A stretch of 64,000 nucleotides of DNA from an uncultured Victivallales bacterium. Its GTDB lineage: Bacteria > Verrucomicrobiota > Kiritimatiellia > UBA8416 > CAYSRM01. This document shows positions 1 through 8,790 of this stretch, piece after piece. The stretch is taken from NCBI GenBank assembly GCA_964433435.1, contig CAYSRM010000001.1, forward strand, positions 1,941-65,940, given 5' to 3'. The position numbers were made by a program, and so were the translations under genes. Each line of letters opens with the position of its first letter. Position 1 is the stretch's first letter. The notes beneath the pieces were generated by a model that had not been told where the DNA came from, made no database searches, and saw only the letters and a list, made by a program, of their open reading frames with translations.

Positions 1-384
1 ACGGGCCGGCCGAGACGATGTGGATGGTTTGATGCTGTTGTGGCCCGGTACTCAGCGATGGTTAACGGCGTGGATATGTGGGCTGTGACGAAACTCGATG
101 TACTGGACGGTCTTGAGAAAATCATGATTTGCACGGGTTACGAATGTGCAGGAGAGAAGTATTCGACGATACCGGCAAACGTCAGGATGCTTGCCAACTG
201 CAAGCCTGTTCTGGAAGAGATGGAAGGCTGGGTTGAATCGACAAGCGGTGTGCAGGAGTATGAGAAGCTTCCCCGACAGGCAAAGGATTATGTTGCCAGG
301 ATCTGCGAGCTTACCGGTGTGCCGATAAGGTTTGTTTCGACGGGTCCGGGCAGGGAGAGCACGATTTCGTTGAGCATTGGTTGA
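1..384 (+). CDS. purA: Adenylosuccinate synthetase, C-terminal fragment; the 5' end lies upstream of the window
   Basis: Frame 1 reads through from position 1 (…[25 protein letters not shown]…[10 protein letters not shown]…), matching the conserved PurA C-terminal region. The listed ORF (40..384) is only the Met-initiated part. Confidence 0.85.
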   Translation, partial: [127 protein letters not shown]

Positions 385-407
385 CATGGGGAAGGGGTCA
401 TTGGCAG

Positions 408-705
408 CGCCCGACGAAGCTACCTGAGCGAAGGCGGGTCATTGGTCATTAGTCATTGGTTATTGGTGGGGAGGGGAGAATATTCAATATCCAACACGGA
501 ATTTCCAATGATGAAGGGGGAGAAGAAGAAAAACTACGAAAGGCTCGAAAGGGCGCGAAAGGGCAGCAGGTTGGAGGACAACCTGCTGTACTGGGGGAGG
601 GAGTGAAGGCGGGAAGGAATATTCAATATCCAGCCACGCCTTCGCTCGGGTAGCTTCGGCGGGCGCGGCACGGAATGTTCAATGATGAAGGAGAAGAAGC
701 GGGGA
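408..705. repeat. Mosaic intergenic repeat element, copy 1 (purA-uppS spacer), with inverted-repeat termini. Modules A-F below
   Basis: Modules: C' (inverted) at 408-435. A = CATTGGT/CATTAGT heptad run (436-470). B = GGGGAGGGG-GAATATTCAATATCC (471-495, again at 617-634). D = CACGGAAT(G)TTCAATGATGAAGGGGGAGAAGAAG (496-535, again at 668-700). E = CGAAAGG direct repeats (536-561). F = 10-bp-stem palindrome CAGCAGGTTG-gagga-CAACCTGCTG (565-589). C = CCACGCCTTCGCTCGGGTAGCTTCGGCGGGCG (634-664). Confidence 0.7.
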
Positions 706-746
706 ATGGGTGTTTTTTTTGAGTTTGCAGGTGTGCAAGTATTTTT

Positions 747-1466
747 ATGAGTAGGGAAGAAGAAAAGAGAGTGCCGCGGCATGTTGCGGTGATTATGGAT
801 GGGAACGGGCGGTGGTCTGCCCGGCGGAATCTGCCGCGACTGCGTGGGCATGAAGAGGGCGCCGAGTCGGTAATAGCCATTGTTCGTGCGTGCAGGAATG
901 CGGGGGTGGAGTATCTGACGCTTTATGCGTTCAGCAGACAAAACTGGTCCCGTCCGCGTGCAGAAGTCCAGGGATTGATGACTCTTCTTCGGAAGTTCCT
1001 CAGGCAGAAAGAGCATGAATTGCATGATAACAGGGTGAGGCTGCGGGTTATTGGACGGATTGGAGAGCTTCCGGGGGCGGTACAGAAGGAACTGCAAAGG
1101 GTGCAGGATGCGACCAGAAATCATAAAGAGGGGACCGTGGTTTTCGCGTTGAGTTATGGAGGCAGATCCGAAATTGTGGATGCCGCCAGGCAAATTGCGG
1201 GACGTGTCAAGGCCGGCGGGATTGAACCCGATGACATAGATGAGGATATGATTACAGAGAACATGTATGCTCCTGATGTTCCTGATCCGGACCTGTTGAT
1301 CAGAACAAGCGGTGAAATGAGGGTAAGCAATTTTCTGCTCTGGCAGATTTCTTACACGGAATTATATGTGACTGATGTTTTGTGGCCGGATTTTCGTGAA
1401 GAGGAATTCAAGAAGGCGCTTGCGGACTATGCGCGAAGAGACCGGCGTTTCGGGGGAAGGAAATAA
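747..1466 (+). CDS. uppS: Undecaprenyl diphosphate synthase
   Basis: Hallmark cis-prenyltransferase N-terminus (HVAVIMDGNGRWS) and C-terminal RFG motif. Confidence 0.93.
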   Translation: MSREEEKRVPRHVAVIMDGNGRWSARRNLPRLRGHEEGAESVIAIVRACRNAGVEYLTLYAFSRQNWSRPRAEVQGLMTLLRKFLRQKEHELHDNRVRLRVIGRIGELPGAVQKELQRVQDATRNHKEGTVVFALSYGGRSEIVDAARQIAGRVKAGGIEPDDIDEDMITENMYAPDVPDPDLLIRTSGEMRVSNFLLWQISYTELYVTDVLWPDFREEEFKKALADYARRDRRFGGRK

Positions 1467-1512
1467 TGATGTCTGTTGTTTACGGGCTTAAAAAAGGGAA
1501 GAGGCCCTGTCT

Positions 1513-2385
1513 ATGTTGAAGCAGAGGATTATCAGCGGTGTTCTTTTGGCAGGCGGATTTATTCTTGTTGCCACGCTTGCCCATCCGATAGTGGCGTGGC
1601 TGCTTCTTATTGTTATTTCATCCATGGCCCAGATGGAATTTTATTCCATAATTAATGTGGCGGGCATTCCTGTTTTCCGTGGCGTGGGCACTTTGTGCGG
1701 TGCTGTTCTGATTTCGGTTACCTATTACTGTGCCGGCCCTGATTTCGAGGATATTGCACGAGCTTACAGGTGGGAACAGCTTGTTCTTACCGCCACGTTG
1801 ATAGCCATTTTTGTGAGGCAGTTTCCACAGAAGCACAACAACCGGCCACTGGCGACGGTAGCCTGCACTTTGCTGGGGGTTTGGTATGTTCCTTTTCTTT
1901 TCAATTTCTTTACCCGGCTGGCTTTTTTCTGGGATGCTGAACTGGATGGCAGGACGATAGGGACAACGGGAATAGCGCTTCTGATTTACCTGGTGGCAGT
2001 AGTCAAATTTACTGATGCGGCGGCATTTTTTACCGGAAAATTTCTTGGACGGACCAAGTTGTTTCCGAGGATATCGCCGGGCAAGACATGGGAAGGATTT
2101 GCGGGTGGGCTGGTCGGAGGTGTACTGGTTAGCGTGGTTATTGTGTGTATTGCCGGTTTCAAGATGGGGGATATATCATTCGGGCCGGGACACGCGGTGG
2201 TCTGCGGGTTGTTGCTTTCTGTTGCCGGTGTGGCTGGTGATATGTTTGAGTCTCTTCTGAAGAGGTCCGCCGGAATCAAGGATTCCGGCAAGGTGGTGCC
2301 GGGGATGGGCGGGTTTCTTGATATACTGGACAGCTTGTTGTTTGCGGCTCCTGTTCTGTATGCTTATATGAGCTTTTTTGTTTGA
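1513..2385 (+). CDS. cdsA: Phosphatidate cytidylyltransferase (CDP-diglyceride synthase)
   Basis: Polytopic membrane protein with the CTP-transferase C-terminal signature (…KRSAGIKDSGKVVPGMGGFLDILDS…). Position between uppS and dxr is conserved synteny. Confidence 0.88.
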   Translation: MLKQRIISGVLLAGGFILVATLAHPIVAWLLLIVISSMAQMEFYSIINVAGIPVFRGVGTLCGAVLISVTYYCAGPDFEDIARAYRWEQLVLTATLIAIFVRQFPQKHNNRPLATVACTLLGVWYVPFLFNFFTRLAFFWDAELDGRTIGTTGIALLIYLVAVVKFTDAAAFFTGKFLGRTKLFPRISPGKTWEGFAGGLVGGVLVSVVIVCIAGFKMGDISFGPGHAVVCGLLLSVAGVAGDMFESLLKRSAGIKDSGKVVPGMGGFLDILDSLLFAAPVLYAYMSFFV

Positions 2386-2438
2386 AAGCGGAGAGTGGGG
2401 GATGAGAGAGGGGCAGGCAAGAGGCCTGCCCGTAAGTT

Positions 2439-3614
2439 ATGGATAAAGTAAAGAAAATTGTGTTACTGGGGAGCACCGGGTCAATCGGGGAGAACGTGCT
2501 TAGTGTTGTGCGCGCTCTTGAAGGGCGCATTGTTGTCAAGGCTTTGGCTGCCAACAGTAACTGGGAGCGCGTTCTTGAGCAGGCCCGGGAATTCGGGGTT
2601 GAAGAAGTAGGGTTGAGCGACCAGGAGAGCGCGCGGGCCTGTTTGCAAAGCGGGGACGGGTTTGTGGTGCGGAGCGGATCTGACGGTGTGGCTGAGCTGG
2701 CTGCGAGTGAGGATGTTGATCTTGTAGTTTGCGCGATAGTGGGCATTGCAAGTCTCAAGCCTGTGCTTGCCGCGTTGCAGGCTGGAACGGACGTGGCGTT
2801 ATCGTCGAAGGAGGCGTTGGTCACCGGCGGGCGGATAGTGAGGCGGGCGTGCATGGAAAGTGGAGCCAAGCTGTTGCCGGTTGATAGCGAGCACAGCGCG
2901 ATTTTTCAGTGTCTGCCTGGCAATGCAGGAGGTTTGGAAAGCGATACCATAAGCAAAGTTGTAAAGCGGTTGATTCTGACTGCTTCCGGCGGGCCGTTTG
3001 GGTCGGTGTCGGATGTGGATCTGGAAAAGGTTTCGATTGAACAGGTTTTGAAGCACCCGAATTGGGATATGGGAGACAAAGTTACTGTTGATTCCGCAAC
3101 GCTTATGAACAAGGGACTGGAAATCATGGAAGCCCAGTGGTTGTTCGACATGCCGTTATCCAGGATCAGTGTTGTGATTCACCCGGAGAGCATTGTTCAT
3201 TCGCTTGTGGAATTTGTGGACGGGAATATGCTGGCGCAATTGTGTCGGCCTGATATGCGTTATGCTATTCAGTATGCGCTTACATTTCCGGAACGCGTCA
3301 ATGCGGGGCTTCAGGGGCTTGATCTTGCGGATATAGGAAAACTGACTTTTACTGAGCCTGACAATGGAAGGTTTCCGTGTCTTGATCTTGCCAGGCGGGC
3401 CGCCGGGACTGGGGGGACGATGCCGACTGTTCTGAACGCCGCAAATGAAGTTGCAGTGGATAAATTTCTGGCTGGCCGGATCAGGTTTCCTGAGATATGG
3501 GAAATGGTGGAAAAAGTGATGGACAGTCACCAGCAGGTTGAAGAACCTGATCTTGACGGCATAATGGAAGCAGACGCGTGGGCGCGAAATTTTCTGAACA
3601 ATAAGGGGGTTTAA
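2439..3614 (+). CDS. dxr: 1-deoxy-D-xylulose 5-phosphate reductoisomerase
   Basis: N-terminal NADPH motif LGSTGSIGENVL and conserved Dxr core. uppS-cdsA-dxr-rseP synteny. Confidence 0.95.
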   Translation: MDKVKKIVLLGSTGSIGENVLSVVRALEGRIVVKALAANSNWERVLEQAREFGVEEVGLSDQESARACLQSGDGFVVRSGSDGVAELAASEDVDLVVCAIVGIASLKPVLAALQAGTDVALSSKEALVTGGRIVRRACMESGAKLLPVDSEHSAIFQCLPGNAGGLESDTISKVVKRLILTASGGPFGSVSDVDLEKVSIEQVLKHPNWDMGDKVTVDSATLMNKGLEIMEAQWLFDMPLSRISVVIHPESIVHSLVEFVDGNMLAQLCRPDMRYAIQYALTFPERVNAGLQGLDLADIGKLTFTEPDNGRFPCLDLARRAAGTGGTMPTVLNAANEVAVDKFLAGRIRFPEIWEMVEKVMDSHQQVEEPDLDGIMEADAWARNFLNNKGV

Positions 3615-3615
3615 A

Positions 3616-5268
3616 TTGGGAGTTATTCAAAGTATTTGGGATGTGCTTATTCTGGTGGTGCTTTTTAGCGCCACGATATTTGTGCATGAGTTTGGACATT
3701 TTCTGGTGGCTAGAAAGCTCGGGATGGTTGTGGACGTGTTTTCCATTGGGTTTGGCCCGGCTATCTGGAAGAAAAAGCACAAGGGAGTCACGTACAAGAT
3801 ATCCATGATTCCACTTGGTGGCTACGTAGCGTTACCCCAGCTTGACCCGGCTGCAATGTCGGGTGTGCAGGGAAAGAACAAGGGCGAGGGCCAGTCTGAG
3901 GGAGGAAACGAAGAGCAGGAGCGTGTGCTTCCTCCTGTTTCGCCCTGGAGCAAGATTCTGGTTTCTTTGGCTGGCTCCATGGGCAACATAGTTTTTGCGA
4001 TTATTTTCGCCTTGATTATATATGCGAATCCCGGTTCGGTCACTGGCTCTGAAACTACCCGCATAGGCAGTGTGGCCACAAACAGCCTGGCTTATCAGAA
4101 GGGTATTCGACCGGGTGACCGGATCAACGCTGTGAATGGAACGGAAGTAAACAGCTGGTATCGTTTCCAGGAGGAGACAGTTCTTGGAGTCGGCAAAGAC
4201 GGTGAGGTGACGGTTACACTGGAATCTGGCGGTTCGGTTCGCGAAGTGCGGGTGCCTGTTGCAACCAATGAACTTGCTGCTGGCGTGATACCAGGGATTG
4301 AAACGGCGAGGCAATGCGCAGTGACTAATGTGGCCGGGGGCGGCAGTGCGGCTCGCGCCGGGCTTAGAGAAGGCGATGTTATAGAGGCTGTGGATGGGAA
4401 TGAGGTGGTAAGCTGCCAACATCTTCAGCATGTCACTGAAGGCAGAGATGGTGAAACTGCGCAGGTTACCGTGAGGAGAGGTGAGGAGGAATTAATTCTT
4501 CATCTTGAGTTGCCGATAGAAGGAACCGCTCCGAAGGGCAAGTGCCTGATAGGAGGAATAATCGGAGGTACATCCGCGGACAAGGCAGGATTGAAGGCCG
4601 GGGATGTAATCATTGAACTTGCCGGGGTGCCCATTGTCAACTGGCGACAGTTTATAGAGAAGGTGAACGAGCATAAAGGTGAGACGCTTCCGATAGTTGT
4701 GCTTCGCGGTGATGATCTGGTTGAGACGGAAGTGACTCCCGAATATGACGAGGAGCGGGAGCGTGCTTTGATCGGAATAGTACTGGGAGTCAGGCCTACC
4801 CTTCCCTGGATGAGATACAGGAGCCCTGCCAGGCAATTGACCAATGATGCATTGGCGATTGTACGGGTGTTGAGCGCCCTGGTTAATCCTTCGAGTTCCG
4901 GCAACGCCGCCAAAGCGATTGGCGGACCTCTTATGATCATCATGACTTTGTGGGCATCAATAAAAATAAGTGTGCTGAATGCTGTAGGGTTTCTCAGGTT
5001 TCTTAACATCAATCTGGCTGTATTGAATCTTCTGCCTATTCCTGTTCTTGACGGGGGGCACATCATGTTTTCTTTGTGGGAAGGGATCACGAAGAAGCGT
5101 ATTAACCCCAGATTCATCAATATACTGGTGAATATCTTTATGGTTCTGTTGCTTGGGCTTTTTCTGCTTATAACCTTCAGGGATATTGAGAGGGGTTTCA
5201 GGAGCGGCAAAGAGGTGAAAAAGGAAGAACGGCAGGCGGATGGGGAGAAGAGTGGGGATGGGGAGTGA
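3616..5268 (+). CDS. rseP: Regulated intramembrane metalloprotease RseP (site-2 protease, M50) with PDZ domains; TTG start
   Basis: HEFGHFLVAR HExxH motif in the first TM helix, PDZ-like segments, C-terminal LDGGH motif. Contains a Gly/Glu-rich low-complexity insertion. Confidence 0.88.
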   Translation: MGVIQSIWDVLILVVLFSATIFVHEFGHFLVARKLGMVVDVFSIGFGPAIWKKKHKGVTYKISMIPLGGYVALPQLDPAAMSGVQGKNKGEGQSEGGNEEQERVLPPVSPWSKILVSLAGSMGNIVFAIIFALIIYANPGSVTGSETTRIGSVATNSLAYQKGIRPGDRINAVNGTEVNSWYRFQEETVLGVGKDGEVTVTLESGGSVREVRVPVATNELAAGVIPGIETARQCAVTNVAGGGSAARAGLREGDVIEAVDGNEVVSCQHLQHVTEGRDGETAQVTVRRGEEELILHLELPIEGTAPKGKCLIGGIIGGTSADKAGLKAGDVIIELAGVPIVNWRQFIEKVNEHKGETLPIVVLRGDDLVETEVTPEYDEERERALIGIVLGVRPTLPWMRYRSPARQLTNDALAIVRVLSALVNPSSSGNAAKAIGGPLMIIMTLWASIKISVLNAVGFLRFLNINLAVLNLLPIPVLDGGHIMFSLWEGITKKRINPRFINILVNIFMVLLLGLFLLITFRDIERGFRSGKEVKKEERQADGEKSGDGE

Positions 5269-5296
5269 GTGTGTGGGTTGCGACCGGGGGCCGTGT

Positions 5297-5378
5297 TATT
5301 GGTTGACAGGGGGAATGTTCAATGATCAAGGGGGAGAAGAAGAAAAGACTACGAAAGGCGCGAAAGGGCGCGAAATTG
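5297..5378. repeat. Mosaic intergenic repeat, copy 2 (rseP-ispG spacer). A-remnant plus D plus E modules
   Basis: ttattggttgacaggggGAATGTTCAATGATCAAGGGGGAGAAGAAGAAAAgaCTACGAAAGGCGCGAAAGGGCGCGAAA. Confidence 0.6.
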
Positions 5379-5408
5379 CGTTAATTTGATTCGATCGTTT
5401 TGCGATAG

Positions 5409-6524
5409 ATGTCAAATTTCTACAGGGAGTTGATGAAAGTTTTATCTATAGAGCGCAGAAAGACCAGGCGGATTTATGTTGGCTCAGTGGCTGTGGGCGG
5501 TGGGGCGCCTGTTTCGGTTCAGAGCATGACAAAGACCGACACTCGCGATGTCGACGCAACGCTTTGCCAGATTGACGGCCTCGCTGCTGCGGGTTGTGAT
5601 ATTATCCGTGTTGCCGTGCCTGATGACGAGGCGGCGCAGGCGCTGGGGCGAATTTGCAGGGAATCGGCTTTGCCCGTGGTTGCCGACGTTCATTTCCGGC
5701 ATGATCTTGCCATAAAATCTGTAGACGCAGGCGCTGCGGGGTTAAGGATAAATCCGGGCAATATAGGGGACAAGGCCAAGGTAGCCGAGGTGGTTAAAGC
5801 TGCCGCAGGCAGGAAGGTGCCGATACGCGTGGGTGTCAACAGCGGTTCGCTTCAGAAGGACCTGATCGAGAAATATGGCGGGCCGGGTGTCGAGGCTCTT
5901 GTAGAAAGCGCCTTAAGATCGGTTTCGCTTGTAGAGCAGCTCGGGTGCCGGGATATCAAGATTTCAGCGAAGAGTTCAAATCCCATGGTTACTGTTGAGG
6001 TATACCGCAAGCTTTCCGAGCGCACAGATTATCCGTTACATCTTGGAGTTACCGAGGCTGGTACCCTGCAGGCCGGAACTATCCGTTCTTGTGCGGCGTT
6101 GTCGGTGCTTCTTTATCAAGGTATTGGCGACACTATAAGGATTTCGTTGACTGCAGATCCTATAAAGGAGGTTCAGACAGGTCTTGAATTGTTGCGCTGT
6201 TTCGGGCATCGGGACGTGGGGCCGAGTGTCATATCATGTCCCACGTGCGGAAGAACGCAGGTGGATGTGGCCGCTGTAGCCGCAGCAGTTGAGGCTGAAC
6301 TTGAGAAGATTTATCGGCTTAATCCCTCATTGAGGCGGCCAGTAGTTGCGGTGATGGGTTGTGTGGTGAACGGACCTGGCGAGGCGAGAGAAGCGGATAT
6401 AGCCGCAGCGGGCGGGCGCGGGCAGTTTGCGCTTTATGTGGCAGGGAAGCATGTCAGGACGGTTTCTGAGGGGCGGATTGTTGAGGAATTGGTTGCGGAA
6501 GTCGAGAGATGGGGGAAGGGGTGA
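5409..6524 (+). CDS. ispG: 4-hydroxy-3-methylbut-2-enyl diphosphate synthase
   Basis: Conserved IspG N-terminus (RRKTRRIYVGSVAVGGGAPVSVQSMTKT) and C-terminal Cys cluster (CPTCGRT…). Confidence 0.95.
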   Translation: MSNFYRELMKVLSIERRKTRRIYVGSVAVGGGAPVSVQSMTKTDTRDVDATLCQIDGLAAAGCDIIRVAVPDDEAAQALGRICRESALPVVADVHFRHDLAIKSVDAGAAGLRINPGNIGDKAKVAEVVKAAAGRKVPIRVGVNSGSLQKDLIEKYGGPGVEALVESALRSVSLVEQLGCRDIKISAKSSNPMVTVEVYRKLSERTDYPLHLGVTEAGTLQAGTIRSCAALSVLLYQGIGDTIRISLTADPIKEVQTGLELLRCFGHRDVGPSVISCPTCGRTQVDVAAVAAAVEAELEKIYRLNPSLRRPVVAVMGCVVNGPGEAREADIAAAGGRGQFALYVAGKHVRTVSEGRIVEELVAEVERWGKG

Positions 6525-6672
6525 GCCGAAAGCAGGGGGATTTTTTTTTTGAAAAATCGGGGGTTGCAGTGTGGGGCAGTCTTTAATAGTATAAATTTTG
6601 GTGTTGCATGCCCCGGAACTGGTGGTATAGTGGCCCGACTTTTCGAAAAGGAGGATTTGTCAGAGAAATAAC

Positions 6673-8487
6673 ATGGAAGACACAGCAACAGAACAGACAA
6701 CGCAGAAGAAGAAGATCGAGTTTGATTTGTCAGAGTTTACGGGAGACGACCGTGAACAGATGGCGCAGATGTACGAGGAGACGTTAAAAGACTTTGAACC
6801 CGGCTCTATAGTAACCGGAAAGGTCATGGAAGTTCATAATAACGAAGTCCTTGTAGATATCGGATATAAATCCGAGGGCCTTATTCCGTCAAATGAATTC
6901 GAGGAATTGAACGAAGTAAACGCCGGTGATGAGATATACGTGCTGTTATCGCAGATTGAAGATGATGACGGCATGGTTGTTCTCAGCAAGCAGAAGGCAG
7001 ACGAACAGATGCGCTGGGAGCGTATCAGGGAACAGCACGACGAAGGAACCGTAATAAAGGGCACTGTGAAAAGGCGGGTTAAAGGCGGTTTGATTGTCAG
7101 TGTAGAAGGTGTGGATGCATTTCTGCCTGGTTCGCACATTGATGTAACGCCTGTGCGGGATATGGATGGATGCATTGGCGAGACCTACGATTTCAAGATA
7201 ATCAAGATGAATCCGGAGCGGAAGAACATTATTGTTTCGCGTCGGCAGCTTATAGAGGACAGTCGCAAGGAGAAACGACAGCATCTGCTTTCCACGATAG
7301 AGCCGGAACAGACACGCACAGGTATTGTAAAGAATATCACTGATTTCGGGGTTTTTGTGGATCTGGACGGTCTGGACGGGTTGTTGCATATCACTGATAT
7401 GAGCTGGGGCAGGGTAAAGCATCCATCGGACATGGTTTCTGTGGGCGATACTCTTGAAGTTCGGATTCTTGACGTTGATTTTGAGCGCGAGCGTGTTTCG
7501 CTTGGCCTGAAGCAGAAGGACGCTAATCCATGGAAGGATGTGGCTTCCAAGTATCCTGTAGGAAGCCGGCTTCGTGGGAAGGTTGTGAACATAGTGCCTT
7601 ATGGCGCTTTTGTTGAACTTGAGGAGGGTGTTGAAGGGCTGGTTCACGTATCCGAGATTTCCTGGACCAAGCGTATAGTGAGGGCTTCGGATGTTCTTTC
7701 GCTCGGCGATGAAGTGGATGTTGTTGTGCTGGACATCAACGAGCAGGATCAGAAGATTGCCCTTGGAATGCGTCAGACGGAGGAAAATCCGTGGGATACG
7801 GTACAGGCGCGATATCCTGTTGGAACGCGTGTGAAGGGTGTGGTTCGCAACTTTACAACGTACGGAGCGTTCCTTGAGTTGGAAGACGGGATTGACGGTA
7901 TGATTCATGTATCGGATATGTCGTGGACCCGCAAGGTCAATCATCCTTCCGAGGTGCTTGAAAAGGGCCAGGAGGTTCAGGCTGTTGTTCTGGAAGTGGA
8001 CTCGGATAACAAGCGTATCAGTCTGGGTTTGAAGCAGGCGCATGATGACCCGTGGGCCACCATAGCCGACAAATACAAACCTGGTGATATTGTGAAGGGC
8101 GTGGTTTCCAAGATAGCTTCGTTTGGCGCTTTTGTTGAGCTTGAGGAAGGCGTTGACGGGCTTGTACATATATCACAGATAAGCGATGGGCATGTTGAGA
8201 AAGTTCAGGATGCTTTGCAGGTTGGCCAGGAGTTAGAGGCCCGGATAGTGAGAATTGACCGTGATGAGCGAAGGATCGGCCTGAGCATAAAAGCGGTATC
8301 TCTGCCTGATGAAGAGTTCCAGATGAAGCAGGAAGAGCTGATGGAAGGCTTGAAGCCGGGCGAGGATATGGTTGATCTTGCCGGAGCTTTTGAGGACGCT
8401 TTTGATGGTTTGATTGCCGAGGAACAGAGAGAGGAAGAAGAGCAGGAATGGCGTCCGGGTCGGCATAGCGACGAGGATTCGGAGTAA
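6673..8487 (+). CDS. rpsA: 30S ribosomal protein S1
   Basis: Six tandem S1 domains (repeated GxV.G.V…GAFV…G…GL.H.S). Acidic C-terminal tail. Confidence 0.95.
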   Translation: MEDTATEQTTQKKKIEFDLSEFTGDDREQMAQMYEETLKDFEPGSIVTGKVMEVHNNEVLVDIGYKSEGLIPSNEFEELNEVNAGDEIYVLLSQIEDDDGMVVLSKQKADEQMRWERIREQHDEGTVIKGTVKRRVKGGLIVSVEGVDAFLPGSHIDVTPVRDMDGCIGETYDFKIIKMNPERKNIIVSRRQLIEDSRKEKRQHLLSTIEPEQTRTGIVKNITDFGVFVDLDGLDGLLHITDMSWGRVKHPSDMVSVGDTLEVRILDVDFERERVSLGLKQKDANPWKDVASKYPVGSRLRGKVVNIVPYGAFVELEEGVEGLVHVSEISWTKRIVRASDVLSLGDEVDVVVLDINEQDQKIALGMRQTEENPWDTVQARYPVGTRVKGVVRNFTTYGAFLELEDGIDGMIHVSDMSWTRKVNHPSEVLEKGQEVQAVVLEVDSDNKRISLGLKQAHDDPWATIADKYKPGDIVKGVVSKIASFGAFVELEEGVDGLVHISQISDGHVEKVQDALQVGQELEARIVRIDRDERRIGLSIKAVSLPDEEFQMKQEELMEGLKPGEDMVDLAGAFEDAFDGLIAEEQREEEEQEWRPGRHSDEDSE

Positions 8488-8736
8488 AAGAAGTTTTGGG
8501 TCAGCGGGTGTCTACAACGGGGGTACTGATATGCCGCGTGACGAGTATCAACCCGCATTTCTTACAAGGAACCTGTTGTAGAGTGTGTGATGCGGGCTAG
8601 GGCGTTGTTTCTTCCGGAGACTTTGGATCTGCCTGTGCATGATAACGTGCCGTTGCCAGCCGAACATTGGAAAAGCATGTGACTCGCCGCAAGCTGCGCA
8701 CACTCTAAACGAAGTCTTGTGAGAAATTCGGGTCAG

Positions 8737-8773
8737 GTCAGGCGCATCGTTTATGATGCGCCTGACTTTTCTT
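8737..8773 (+). terminator. Intrinsic-terminator-like hairpin inside the tyrS leader, immediately upstream of the tyrS RBS: a candidate attenuator
   Basis: GTCAGGCGCATC-gtttat-GATGCGCCTGAC perfect 12-bp stem (8737-8766) followed by TTTTCTT. AGGAG RBS and ATG follow at 8791. Confidence 0.65.
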
Positions 8774-8790
8774 ATGCAGGAGCAGGGACA

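Noticed and set aside
496-700. Possible small peptides starting M(F/V)NDEG encoded inside repeat module D (ATG at 678, 5313, 20822)
   Set aside because: The ATG is present in three copies, but the downstream frames and lengths differ between copies (stops after 8-24 codons, different sequences) and copy 1's first D module lacks the ATG. This is more consistent with non-coding repeat sequence than a conserved micro-protein.
534-1193. 219-aa minus-strand ORF spanning the repeat element and uppS
   Set aside because: Pro/Arg/Ser-rich low-complexity translation antisense to uppS. Begins inside the intergenic repeat. Spurious.
6946-8169. 407-aa ORF on the minus strand antisense to rpsA, plus 7185..7592 and 6834..7175 on the minus strand
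   Set aside because: Entirely antisense to the well-supported six-S1-domain rpsA gene. Low-complexity, no recognisable motifs. A typical shadow ORF.
8488-8790. Canonical T-box consensus (AGGGUGGNACCGCG) in the tyrS leader
   Set aside because: Searched by eye on the plus strand and not found. The T-box call is therefore kept only as a hypothesis (see finding), not annotated as a riboswitch feature.
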